From a virus (taxonomy: Duplodnaviria; Heunggongvirae; Uroviricota; Caudoviricetes): a stretch of DNA of 25,873 nucleotides. The stretch is from positions 85,208 to 111,080 of IMG/VR virus record IMGVR_UViG_3300047323_000428. One strand, 5' to 3'. Position 1 is the first letter of the stretch. Every line of letters begins with the position of its first letter. Both the position numbers and the translations under genes were made by a program. The notes below the pieces were generated by a model, which had not been told where the DNA came from, did not search any database, and saw nothing but the letters and a program-made list of their open reading frames with translations. This document shows positions 6,398 through 14,261 of the stretch, piece after piece.

Positions 6398-6425
6398 ACG
6401 GGTGTTAATAAAGCTTATGTCAAAT
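6398..6425 (+). other. Possible Xer (dif/cer-like) recombination site
   Basis: ACGGGTGTTAA-TAAAGC-TTATGTCAAAT. The right arm is 10/11 identical to the E. coli XerD arm TTATGTTAAAT; the left arm is degenerate but ends in TAA. Confidence 0.45.
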
Positions 6426-6435
6426 GCGCGAGCCG

Positions 6436-6459
6436 AAACAAAGCCGCCCGAAGGCGGCT
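6436..6459 (-). terminator. Rho-independent terminator ending the long leftward operon
   Basis: Minus strand AGCCGCC-TTCG-GGCGGCT followed by TTGTTT. Confidence 0.8.
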
Positions 6460-6465
6460 CGTGCT

Positions 6466-6780
6466 TTAGGCGGCGATTAAGAACTGCTCGCGGTCCTTGT
6501 CTCGGATCCACGCCGGCGCCCGACCCTGCCCACTCCACTCGGCACCCGTCTCCGGGTCGCGGTATTTCGCAGCAACCTTGCCTTTCTGTCGGCCTCTCTT
6601 TCTGGCCGGCGTCATTGCCTGCTGGATATCCTCGAGGGTGATTTCGTTCTCATACATCAACTGCTGGATTTGGCCCATTGCCTGCGAGCGCTGATGCGTC
6701 TCCGCTTCCTTAATGGCTTCCTGCAGTCGCGCGAGTTGTTCTCGCATCTCCTTGATGGATTGTGGGGAATTCGGTGCCAT
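6466..6780 (-). CDS. hns: H-NS family nucleoid protein, 104 aa
   Basis: Start reassigned to ATG 6780 (RBS AAGGA). Coiled-coil N-terminus and the signature AKYRDPETGAEWSGQGRAPAWI. Confidence 0.9.
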   Translation of the reverse strand: MAPNSPQSIKEMREQLARLQEAIKEAETHQRSQAMGQIQQLMYENEITLEDIQQAMTPARKRGRQKGKVAAKYRDPETGAEWSGQGRAPAWIRDKDREQFLIAA

Positions 6781-6788
6781 GTCTTTCC

Positions 6789-7430
6789 TTAACTCAGCCA
6801 GAGCATTCGCTCCATGTCGCTGTCTAGCTTGATGATGGTTTGATACGCGTGACGCAACTGCGGCCACTCCATGTCGAAGATTTCGGCCAGCTCCAGGGAG
6901 AGTCCGAATAGCGGGGTCACGCGCTCCTCGACTTGCTGCCAAAAGACGTAGTGCGTGCGAATGTGGTGAGGCGCCGCACGCAGGATCGCTTCGGCAAGTG
7001 GTGTGACCATTTGACGCTGGCGGAATTCCCGCACCCTCTCCCATTTGAGCGTAATGAGGTCGTCGATCGGCAGATCCATTTCAAGTCCGAAGAGGACCGC
7101 TGCCGGGCGCGGTGTCGAGAGTTTCATCAAACCGCGCTTGAGCTCGCCAAGCGTCATGCGCTCTTGCGGTATAGCAAAGCGCATCAGTGGCACCTCTACG
7201 ATCTCGCCTCGTGCGAAAGCCGCGGTGAGTTGCGCAAGCAGTGTTTCGACAATTGCGACCCCTTCCTCGTCGCGGTGATCGAGTTTGAGCCGGGTGAGGA
7301 ATGCGTGAAGCTGGACCGGATGGATTTTTTCCAGCGGAGTGTCCCACATGGGGGATTGGGCGATGGGGGTGTCACCCAGGAGAGACGACAACTCTCCAAC
7401 GTTTTTGAGCGCCTGCATGTTGTTCTCCAT
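6789..7430 (-). CDS. Hypothetical protein with a degenerate tyrosine-recombinase-like segment
   Basis: AAVLFGLEMDLPIDDLITLKWERV resembles integrase box I (ll..tGlR..El..L.w..i) with Pro in place of the catalytic Arg; no HxxR/Y box II seen. Confidence 0.5.
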   Translation of the reverse strand: MENNMQALKNVGELSSLLGDTPIAQSPMWDTPLEKIHPVQLHAFLTRLKLDHRDEEGVAIVETLLAQLTAAFARGEIVEVPLMRFAIPQERMTLGELKRGLMKLSTPRPAAVLFGLEMDLPIDDLITLKWERVREFRQRQMVTPLAEAILRAAPHHIRTHYVFWQQVEERVTPLFGLSLELAEIFDMEWPQLRHAYQTIIKLDSDMERMLWLS

Positions 7431-7454
7431 GAGGCGCCCAAATTTAACACAGCG

Positions 7455-7763
7455 TCAGTCCTGATACGAGGCCAGCGCCTTCGCCGCTCGGTCTTGCAGC
7501 TCCAGCGTGTCCTTGCGCAGCTCCTCGAGCATGTCCTGGCGCTTCTGCCCCTCCGCGAGCATGTTCTGGATAAACTCGGCGTGCTTTGCAGTGCGCTTCG
7601 CCAGCAGGCGGTTGCAGAAGTTGCCGACCATGATAAACACGGCGAACTGCACCAGCCAGATCAGCAGAAAGATCATCGCCATTTCGTTGCCGTCTTGGAC
7701 GCGCTGCGTGATGGCGTAGGTGAGCGCCAAGTTCGCGACAAACCAGATGAAGACGTAGCTCAT
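7455..7763 (-). CDS. Membrane protein (2 TM + coiled coil), 102 aa
   Basis: Two hydrophobic N-terminal segments; ATGA overlap with the upstream gene. Confidence 0.75.
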   Translation of the reverse strand: MSYVFIWFVANLALTYAITQRVQDGNEMAMIFLLIWLVQFAVFIMVGNFCNRLLAKRTAKHAEFIQNMLAEGQKRQDMLEELRKDTLELQDRAAKALASYQD

Positions 7764-7978
7764 GCCGTCACCTCGTTCGATGCAGCAATCAGCGCCTCAC
7801 CAATCTTGCGCATCATGTCGGCCGGCAGGTCGAGTCGGATCGCTCCAAAATACTCGGCCTCGCTGTCGTCGGTCATCAGGCAGACGCAGCCGGGCAAGTC
7901 GGGTGACGGGCGAACCGTCAGGTATTGCCCGTTGTCCTCGTCGTAGACGCGGCGGAAAACCTCTGTCGTGTAGCTCAT
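7760..7978 (-). CDS. Hypothetical protein, 72 aa
   Basis: Start MSYTTEVF at 7978, with ATGA overlaps at both ends. Confidence 0.75.
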   Translation of the reverse strand: MSYTTEVFRRVYDEDNGQYLTVRPSPDLPGCVCLMTDDSEAEYFGAIRLDLPADMMRKIGEALIAASNEVTA

Positions 7979-8646
7979 GCTGCCACCTGCTGGATTGGAT
8001 GCGCGCCCTTCACGCCGAGCAGGTGCATCTTGATTGCGCGCACGGCCGAGTCCTCGTTGTCGCGGTTGAAGATCGGCACGTAGACCTCGATCAGATCGCC
8101 TTTGGCGACTTCCGGCCAGCGCTGCTCGGTCGTGAGCATTTCCTTCATGCGGCGAGCCCACGTCTTCACCAATGCGGCGGTCGCATCGGGGTGTTTGTGG
8201 ATCATCGCTTCGGCGATATCGATGCCGGCGCGTTTCAGGAACCGCTCCGCGATCACTTCAGGCGGATTGTCGACATAGACGCCCAGGTGCCGCACGTCGT
8301 TCTTCTTGGCCCAGGCCGCGATCTGAGCAAGCCCCACCGGCTCGCACACGAGCACCACGTCCTTGCCAGCGGCGAAGGCCTGCTCGAGCTCCTTCACGGT
8401 GAGCCCATAGCGGTTGCCGCCAAAACTCACCTCCTCGACGAAGGCGCCCTGCGTCGAAAGCCGGCTGAACACGGCCGTGTCCACGAAGTGATAGTGCTTG
8501 CCGTTCACCTCGCCCTCCGCTTCACGGGGCTTGCGAGTCGTGGTGCTGATGAGGCCGACGAAGCCCTCGCCCTTGAGCAGCCCTTCGAGGGTGCTCTTGC
8601 CCGCGCAGGACGGGCCGGTGAGAGTGACGATGACGGGCTTACGCAT
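7975..8646 (-). CDS. gmk: Guanylate kinase-like nucleotide kinase
   Basis: P-loop GPSCAGKST, STTTRKPR, GEVNGKHYHFV, FGGNRYG are GK-domain motifs. Confidence 0.85.
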   Translation of the reverse strand: MRKPVIVTLTGPSCAGKSTLEGLLKGEGFVGLISTTTRKPREAEGEVNGKHYHFVDTAVFSRLSTQGAFVEEVSFGGNRYGLTVKELEQAFAAGKDVVLVCEPVGLAQIAAWAKKNDVRHLGVYVDNPPEVIAERFLKRAGIDIAEAMIHKHPDATAALVKTWARRMKEMLTTEQRWPEVAKGDLIEVYVPIFNRDNEDSAVRAIKMHLLGVKGAHPIQQVAA

Positions 8647-8857
8647 TGGTGCTCTCCTGTGCCGGTGCCGGCTTCACAGCCAGCTTGTTCGTGATGACTT
8701 CGAGGAAGCGGCACATGGTGATGAGATCCACTTCCTGGTTGTTCTTGTTGATGACGACGATGCGAATGCCGAGCCCACCCATGCGGGTTGGGTCGGGCAT
8801 TTGCACGTGGCGCCAGGGCATGGTCGCCTGCAGCGCCTTGAATTCTTTCTCGTCCAT
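8639..8857 (-). CDS. Hypothetical protein, 72 aa
   Basis: Start MDEKEF coupled by TAATG to the upstream stop. Confidence 0.7.
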   Translation of the reverse strand: MDEKEFKALQATMPWRHVQMPDPTRMGGLGIRIVVINKNNQEVDLITMCRFLEVITNKLAVKPAPAQESTNA

Positions 8858-9039
8858 TACCAAACCCCGATCCAGATGCCCAAACCGTGAACGATCGCCA
8901 CCGGGAACATCAGCGCGCCGGCAATCAGAAAGCCCCACTTGCCGTGACCGAGGCAGTTGACGATGTGCGTGAGCCAGGCGGCCACGAACGCGATGGTCAA
9001 CAGAATGCCGATCGAGGCGTTACCAAGTTGCTTTTTCAT
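8857..9039 (-). CDS. Small phage membrane protein, 60 aa
   Basis: Hydrophobic AWLTHIV...WGFLIAGALMFPVAIVHGLGIWIGVW. Confidence 0.75.
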   Translation of the reverse strand: MKKQLGNASIGILLTIAFVAAWLTHIVNCLGHGKWGFLIAGALMFPVAIVHGLGIWIGVW

Positions 9040-9451
9040 GTGCTTTCTCCAAAGCGAGTGTGTTGATGTGGATTTCTTCTTGGGCTGTCAGGTCGAGGCC
9101 GACGTGCTTCATAGCGATTGCGCGCATATCGTTTAAATGCGCGCGTGTCGCTGCCAACGCTGCTTGATGCGATTCGGTCGCTTCACCGCTCGATGGACGG
9201 AGCCCCGCTTTGTAAAGCGCGTCGAAAATGATCTGCGCGCTCTTGCAAGGGAGATTCATCACCGGTTCGTTCGGCGGCATCTGACCGCGTGGCACGTTCT
9301 CTATTTCGAAGGCCGCGATGGGCTTGACGACGCCGGTGCCGGCCGTGTTGCGATAACTGAGCAGGTGCAGGTCATACCCGCCCATGCTCAGGTTCTCGCG
9401 CACCATCGCATCCTCGATGTAGAGGCTTGATACGGTGACAGTCGTGCTCAC
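9020..9451 (-). CDS. Hypothetical protein, 143 aa
   Basis: GTG start overlapping the upstream TGA (GTGA); fits the operon packing. Confidence 0.7.
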   Translation of the reverse strand: MSTTVTVSSLYIEDAMVRENLSMGGYDLHLLSYRNTAGTGVVKPIAAFEIENVPRGQMPPNEPVMNLPCKSAQIIFDALYKAGLRPSSGEATESHQAALAATRAHLNDMRAIAMKHVGLDLTAQEEIHINTLALEKAHEKATW

Positions 9452-9645
9452 TTCGTCGGCTCCTCGTGAATCACCTCACCCACCGACGTGTCAAAGCGCA
9501 GCACACGGCCGCCCGCCGGGCACCGACCAATCGCCTGTTTCTTGCGGATATACACCTTCGTTCCGGTCGAGAGATTGGTGCGATGCTTGCCCTGTGCCGT
9601 CACCACGACGAACATTTCCTTGATGGGGCTCGGGGCGGTTTTCAT
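9448..9645 (-). CDS. Hypothetical protein, 65 aa
   Basis: ATGA overlap with the ligase stop. Confidence 0.7.
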   Translation of the reverse strand: MKTAPSPIKEMFVVVTAQGKHRTNLSTGTKVYIRKKQAIGRCPAGGRVLRFDTSVGEVIHEEPTK

Positions 9646-11036
9646 GCTGCGAGCGCCTCCTCGACCTTCTTGCCGGTGACGGCGTTCGCACGGGCGGCGA
9701 GCACTTCTTCGAGGCTGTCGGCGACGTCCTTGTCCGTGCGATAGCCGGCTTCGGCCATGCGCGGAAGGAACAGGCTGTGCAGCGGGTTGCTGTCGGAGGG
9801 ATACATGACCTCGTTAAAGCGCACCGGCCACACGTGACCGATAAAGGCTTCCCGGTCGGCGTCGATGGCATCACGCAGCGCTTCGTTTTTCACCGCCACG
9901 TAGACGCGCAGCTTGTCGTCACGGGTGCGCATGCCTACACGCCCTGCCCGGCCTTCGTTCTTGGTGCCCGCTTCGCCGTCGAGGATTTCGAACGACTCCA
10001 GATCCACGTCGATTTCGAGCTTGAGCTTGACCACATCGGGGTTGCCGCTGGAGGTGTCTTTCCAGATGCCCGAGCCATTCTTGATGACCGTCCCTTCCTT
10101 ACCCTCAATCTGCAGGCTCGCGCAGTGCGCGTAGGCTTCGTCGAGGGACTTGACGATCTTCGTCGGGATCAGACGCACGGACGTGCCTTCATAGCTCACC
10201 AACTGCTTGAGCAGGCCTTTGAATCGCTCGCGGTAAGGCGTGTCGCACTTACCCTTCGGCAGCGCGACGTCCAGCGGGATTTGGTCCCAGGCGAAGAAGA
10301 CCGGCTTCTGGTTGGGCTCGAAATCGCCGCCAGCGAGCACGCTGTTCAGAATGCCGTTCCCGACTTCGCGCGATGCGACCACACCATCGACCAACACAAC
10401 GATTTCGCCGTGCGTCTGCGTCCCCATCGGGAACACCTTCTTGACGTTGTGCTCCAGTGCCGGGAACTTCTCGATCGGCAGTTCGTTGCCCTGGCGCGTG
10501 GTCAGGCGCACGACGCCCGCGTGGTCGTGGTCGACGTTCGTGAATGCGCCGTCAGCCTTGTGCTGACTGAACGCGCCCGCCTTCCAGTCCCACTTGTCGA
10601 ACTTGGCCTTCTCCGGCAGCACGCAGCGCATGTAGGGGAACGAGCGAATCGTGCCCTTCTTCGCCTTGTTGACGGTTTCCGCCGAGAAGCCCGCGCGCAG
10701 GTCTTTCTTGATGATGCGCCAGAAGAGTTCGGACGATGCCGGTTCGAGACGGGCCAGTTCGGTGCGCACCGTGTCGATGGCGGCGTTGCCGGTGAGTTCG
10801 CGGCACTCAAGCTGAGTGATGATTTCCCACGTATAGGCCTCGAACATGCCGTCACCGTTCGTTTCGATCGACGGGCGTTTGCTGATGCCGTAGCTGATGA
10901 GCGGGTCGAGTGCGCTAATCAGCACGTCCTTGAAGAACTTGTCCTCGATGTTTGCCGAGACAAGTGCTTGCTTTTCGTTCTTGCTGCTGGTCGCGGCGAT
11001 CATATCGATCAGCAAGAAGGCTTCTTTTGAGTTCAT
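9642..11036 (-). CDS. lig: ATP-dependent DNA ligase
   Basis: Motif I KADG, motif III THGEIV, motif IV EGTVIK, motif V VKLK, and a C-terminal OB fold ending SLFLPR. Confidence 0.9.
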   Translation of the reverse strand: MNSKEAFLLIDMIAATSSKNEKQALVSANIEDKFFKDVLISALDPLISYGISKRPSIETNGDGMFEAYTWEIITQLECRELTGNAAIDTVRTELARLEPASSELFWRIIKKDLRAGFSAETVNKAKKGTIRSFPYMRCVLPEKAKFDKWDWKAGAFSQHKADGAFTNVDHDHAGVVRLTTRQGNELPIEKFPALEHNVKKVFPMGTQTHGEIVVLVDGVVASREVGNGILNSVLAGGDFEPNQKPVFFAWDQIPLDVALPKGKCDTPYRERFKGLLKQLVSYEGTSVRLIPTKIVKSLDEAYAHCASLQIEGKEGTVIKNGSGIWKDTSSGNPDVVKLKLEIDVDLESFEILDGEAGTKNEGRAGRVGMRTRDDKLRVYVAVKNEALRDAIDADREAFIGHVWPVRFNEVMYPSDSNPLHSLFLPRMAEAGYRTDKDVADSLEEVLAARANAVTGKKVEEALAA

Positions 11037-11045
11037 GGCTCTCCC

Positions 11046-11759
11046 TTAGTGTGTGGTTTGTGCGGCTTCTTTTTCTTTCAGCGCGCGAACGCGCTTGGCG
11101 AACTCCAGCATCGACTCGCCCGGCAGCATCTTCGGCGGGGCGATGGTCGCCCTCGTAGCTGGCAGCGGGGTTGTCGCGGCGACAGCCGTGACTGGTTGTG
11201 CTGCGGGCACGACTGGTAGTTGCGTTTGCATCCTTACCGGCTCGGGCTTCGTTTCTTCGTTCAGCGCCTCGTTGATGGCGGCCGCGTAGCTGAAAACGCT
11301 GCCGATGATCGGGGCCGCCGGTGCGGGCTGCGGGGCGGTTTTTGTGACCGGGGCCGGCGCGGGCTTCTTCTCTTCGCGCGACTCGCGGGCTTCCTTGCTC
11401 GCCGCCTTCAGTTCTTTCAGGAACTCGGACGTGACCGGGGCCTTCGCTCGCGCCTCGAAGAACTCCTGCTGCTTCTGGCGATCGACGTAGAACATCGCGC
11501 GGCCTTCGAGCTCCTCTTGCTGGCGCATCGCCATAGCCGGGCATGTCTTCCACTCCATTGCGCCCTGACACGCGCTGAACATCGCCGGCAGACGGCCTTC
11601 CGCGTGAGCCTGGATCTTGTGCAGGCACACCGCGTAACCGGGGCGGCAGCCGCCCGTTGTGCAGTAGTCGAGGTAGTAAGCGTTCGTGCCGGCCGCCGAC
11701 TGTGCGGGCGGGTAATACGTGTCGTCCTTGAAGACGGGCTTTTCAGCGACTTGAGCCAT
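11046..11759 (-). CDS. Hypothetical protein: Cys-rich N-terminal domain, Pro/Ala-rich linker, helical C-terminus
   Basis: Start MAQVAEK at 11759 (RBS AAGGGGAG); YCTTGGCRPGYAVC...C...C. Confidence 0.75.
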   Translation of the reverse strand: MAQVAEKPVFKDDTYYPPAQSAAGTNAYYLDYCTTGGCRPGYAVCLHKIQAHAEGRLPAMFSACQGAMEWKTCPAMAMRQQEELEGRAMFYVDRQKQQEFFEARAKAPVTSEFLKELKAASKEARESREEKKPAPAPVTKTAPQPAPAAPIIGSVFSYAAAINEALNEETKPEPVRMQTQLPVVPAAQPVTAVAATTPLPATRATIAPPKMLPGESMLEFAKRVRALKEKEAAQTTH

Positions 11760-11769
11760 TGCTCTCCCC

Positions 11770-12009
11770 TTACCAGGCGCCCCAATCGGGGCAGAAAGAT
11801 TCCAACTCTTGGCGCTCGTTCGCATGAACGAGCAGCATGTTGGCGAATGTGTTGATGACGGCCTTCTTCTCGCCGGCTTGGCGCATCACGCTGTTGAGGC
11901 GGAACCGCGCGTCAAACTCGACCAGCTTGCGAACGTCCGGCGACATGGCGGCGAGCAGCTTTTCAGCGCCTTTGGCTTGCTCGATGGCGAATGCTTCTTG
12001 AATACTCAC
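11770..12009 (-). CDS. Hypothetical protein of about 79 aa ending WGAW
   Basis: GTG 12009 overlaps the upstream TGA; alternative start at 12021. Confidence 0.65.
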   Translation of the reverse strand: MSIQEAFAIEQAKGAEKLLAAMSPDVRKLVEFDARFRLNSVMRQAGEKKAVINTFANMLLVHANERQELESFCPDWGAW

Positions 12010-12476
12010 CACGACCCCCACGCTTCGCCGCGGTCAACGCTCGGTTCGAACACCGGCTCGGCGACGGGCTTGACGGTCGGCTCGGCGGCTTTAGCATCGA
12101 CCGCAAGCTCGCTAATGAGCCGCGCGATCAACGAGGCGTCCTCGTAATGCAGCCCACTCGACAATTGGCTGAGAAACTCATCCTGAGTGAAGCTGTCCTT
12201 GCCATCGATGAGGCCGAACTTGCTGCTGTTGTCGCGCTGGTAGCCGCCCTTATGCTTGGCGCCGCCCTGCTTGCGCGCAGAATCCAGCATGTCGGCCAGC
12301 GTGCGATGCTTAATCACGCTCGTTTGCCCGCCGCCGCGTCGCATATAGAGGGTCTTGCCCCAGCGCCGCACTTCCAGATACCTTTCCTTTTCGACGCTGC
12401 CGAAGGTGATGATTTCGTAGAACTTGGTCCCACCTTCGTGAACCATCAGTTCTGATTCAACAGTGATCGTTGACAT
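12006..12476 (-). CDS. WGR-domain protein
   Basis: TKFYEI...YLEVRRWGK...GGGQT...KHKGGYQ fits the WGR pattern; RBS GAGGA. Confidence 0.7.
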   Translation of the reverse strand: MSTITVESELMVHEGGTKFYEIITFGSVEKERYLEVRRWGKTLYMRRGGGQTSVIKHRTLADMLDSARKQGGAKHKGGYQRDNSSKFGLIDGKDSFTQDEFLSQLSSGLHYEDASLIARLISELAVDAKAAEPTVKPVAEPVFEPSVDRGEAWGSW

Positions 12477-12546
12477 TGATCGGTCCTCTCTTGCGCTTAA
12501 CGTGTAGCGCTTTCATGTAAAGCATTCTACGAAGCACACGCAGGGA

Positions 12547-12565
12547 AGTATAGTCAGTTTTGACT
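12547..12565 (-). promoter_or_regulatory. Operator AGTCA-N4-TGACT (12552-12565) fused to a -10-like TATACT
   Basis: Minus strand caatAGTCAAAACTGACTATACT; a second -10, TAGAAT, at 12529-12524. Confidence 0.85.
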
Positions 12566-12582
12566 ATTGCCTATGGCAAAAA

Positions 12583-13665
12583 TCAACGCCCTTTCGTGAG
12601 CCTCATACGGGTGGCGGTCATCGGATTGATGGCCGTTGCCTTCCAGAAGGCATCACGCACGACCGACGGCGGCACCTCGTTCGGATCGCGCCCTTCGGGG
12701 AGAATCGCCACGCGCGCGTTCAGCCCGATCTTCTTGACCATCAGCGCCGCCTCGATCGCCGCATCGATGGCTTTGGGCTCGCCGTCCCACATGAACGTGA
12801 CCGTCTCCAGTCCGCGATCCCTGAGCGTCGTGAGCTTTGCCATTTGCGAGGCGTCATCGCCGTGCGAGAGGTGCTTACCAAAGCTGCCGATCGGCACCAC
12901 GTCGCGCAACTCAGCCTGTTCATCCAACGCGATCTTGGCGGCGGCCACGTCGAACACCCCTTCCCCAATCACCACGTGCTTCGCTGCGAGCGCGTTCTGG
13001 CCGTTGTAGAGGACCGAACCCGTCGAGGCGAACCCCGGCGGGAACAGGTATTTCTTGTCTGCCGTGCCGGTGATATCGCGGCCCTGGAACGTCACGAGGT
13101 CGCCCTCGAGGTCGAAGACCGGGATGATGACGCGGTTGGCGTAACTCTGAGAGCACGGCGTGCCGTCATCGTCCTTGTAGAAGAAGCTGCCGTCGAGCGA
13201 GAAGCGCAGGCTGAAATACTGGGCGATCGCGCCTGTGATGTTGCGACGGTCCAGATACTTGAGATTGCGCCCGTTGTGCGGCAGCGGGATCGACTTTGGC
13301 AGTTTCAGTTCCGTGTTCATGTTCACGGCGACGGCCACCTTTCTCTTCGGCCGCCAGCCTTGCTGCTTGGCGAATGTCTTGATGTGCTCCACGGTGTCGC
13401 GGGCGCTGTCCGTGCCGAGCGAGGCCTTGATGAACGACCACTTGTTGAACTTTGTCTCGCAGTCACCACTGAAGCAGTTGCCAAGTCCCGTCTCGAGGCC
13501 GATGTAGACCTTCCAGTTCGAGTTGCCGCACACCGGGCACTCTTTGACGTTCGCCTGCCGGCCGCGCGCACCCCGCGCTTGCTTATACGTGATGCCCTGA
13601 TCGTCTAGCCAGGACTCGATATCAAGCTGCTCGATCGCTTCCTGAAGCTCCGCGTTGTCGCTCAT
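12583..13665 (-). CDS. DNA primase (Zn finger + TOPRIM)
   Basis: ECPVCGN...GNCFSGDC Zn-binding region, NRVIIP, FQGR, TOPRIM VIGEGVFD and FMWDGE. Confidence 0.9.
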   Translation of the reverse strand: MSDNAELQEAIEQLDIESWLDDQGITYKQARGARGRQANVKECPVCGNSNWKVYIGLETGLGNCFSGDCETKFNKWSFIKASLGTDSARDTVEHIKTFAKQQGWRPKRKVAVAVNMNTELKLPKSIPLPHNGRNLKYLDRRNITGAIAQYFSLRFSLDGSFFYKDDDGTPCSQSYANRVIIPVFDLEGDLVTFQGRDITGTADKKYLFPPGFASTGSVLYNGQNALAAKHVVIGEGVFDVAAAKIALDEQAELRDVVPIGSFGKHLSHGDDASQMAKLTTLRDRGLETVTFMWDGEPKAIDAAIEAALMVKKIGLNARVAILPEGRDPNEVPPSVVRDAFWKATAINPMTATRMRLTKGR

Positions 13666-13743
13666 ACGTCACACCGTTTTAGAACACATGCGCGCACGAT
13701 ACGCGCTGAAATCAGGGGTTTGTTAGACCCCTGTGAAACCGCC

Positions 13744-13947
13744 TTAGAACCGCCCGATGCGGCTGGCGAGCACGCCGGACAACTCACGCATGAGGGCGAA
13801 CTGGTAGCGCAGATCGAACTTCTCCAGCTCGTCCAGGCCTGCGAAGATCGGCGTGTCGAAAAACAGGCGCAACTTCTCCATGCGTTCGTCCAGCTCCGCC
13901 TTCTCGTCGACCACGCGCCGTTGGTGCGGCAGGTATTCTTTGGTCAT
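13744..13947 (-). CDS. Small helical phage protein (crAss001_48-like pattern)
   Basis: PHQRRVVDEKAELDERMEKL..FF.TPIF..L...E...L..QF..M...S.VL..RI. Confidence 0.75.
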   Translation of the reverse strand: MTKEYLPHQRRVVDEKAELDERMEKLRLFFDTPIFAGLDELEKFDLRYQFALMRELSGVLASRIGRF

Positions 13948-13959
13948 GTGGTGCTCCGG

Positions 13960-14061
13960 TTAGCTGCACGCCTGGGCGAGCAGGGTGATGAGGATGGGCA
14001 GGCCGAGCCGCCCACCGCTGAAGAGGATCAGGAGAAGCAGGAATACCCAGGGGTGGCTCAT
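13960..14061 (-). CDS. Small membrane peptide, 33 aa
   Basis: MSHPWVFLLLLILFSGGRLGLPILITLLAQACS; ATGA overlap with the upstream stop and fills the gap exactly. Confidence 0.6.
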   Translation of the reverse strand: MSHPWVFLLLLILFSGGRLGLPILITLLAQACS

Positions 14062-14261
14062 GCTGCGCCCGTCTTCGACACTTGCCGGATGACCTTTCCG
14101 ATCCGGGCGGCCGCATCCACGCCGGCGAGGTTTGCATCGGTGGCCGGGCCGCTCAAGCACCAATGCCGCTCGGCTTCCGCCACGTCGAAGGCAAAGTTGA
14201 GCGCCAGCTCGAAGCCGCGCTCAAAGGCCTCTTCTTCCTTGCGATGATTCAAAATGCCCAT
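14058..14261 (-). CDS. Hypothetical protein, 67 aa
   Basis: TAATG coupling to the helicase stop. Confidence 0.7.
   Translation of the reverse strand: MGILNHRKEEEAFERGFELALNFAFDVAEAERHWCLSGPATDANLAGVDAAARIGKVIRQVSKTGAA

Noticed and set aside
6781-7044. Extended 192-aa version of H-NS
   Set aside because: Overlaps the upstream gene; a good RBS precedes ATG 6780 and gives a typical H-NS length.
7444-7470. Further operator-like sequences (CGTCAGTCCTGATA here; also at 1402 and 13460)
   Set aside because: Two or more mismatches, and lying within or overlapping coding DNA; not counted in the regulon.
9777-11030. 417-aa plus ORF, and similar long plus ORFs over primase, helicase, phoH and the lysis genes
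   Set aside because: Antisense shadows typical of high-GC coding DNA; the minus-strand genes have clear motifs.
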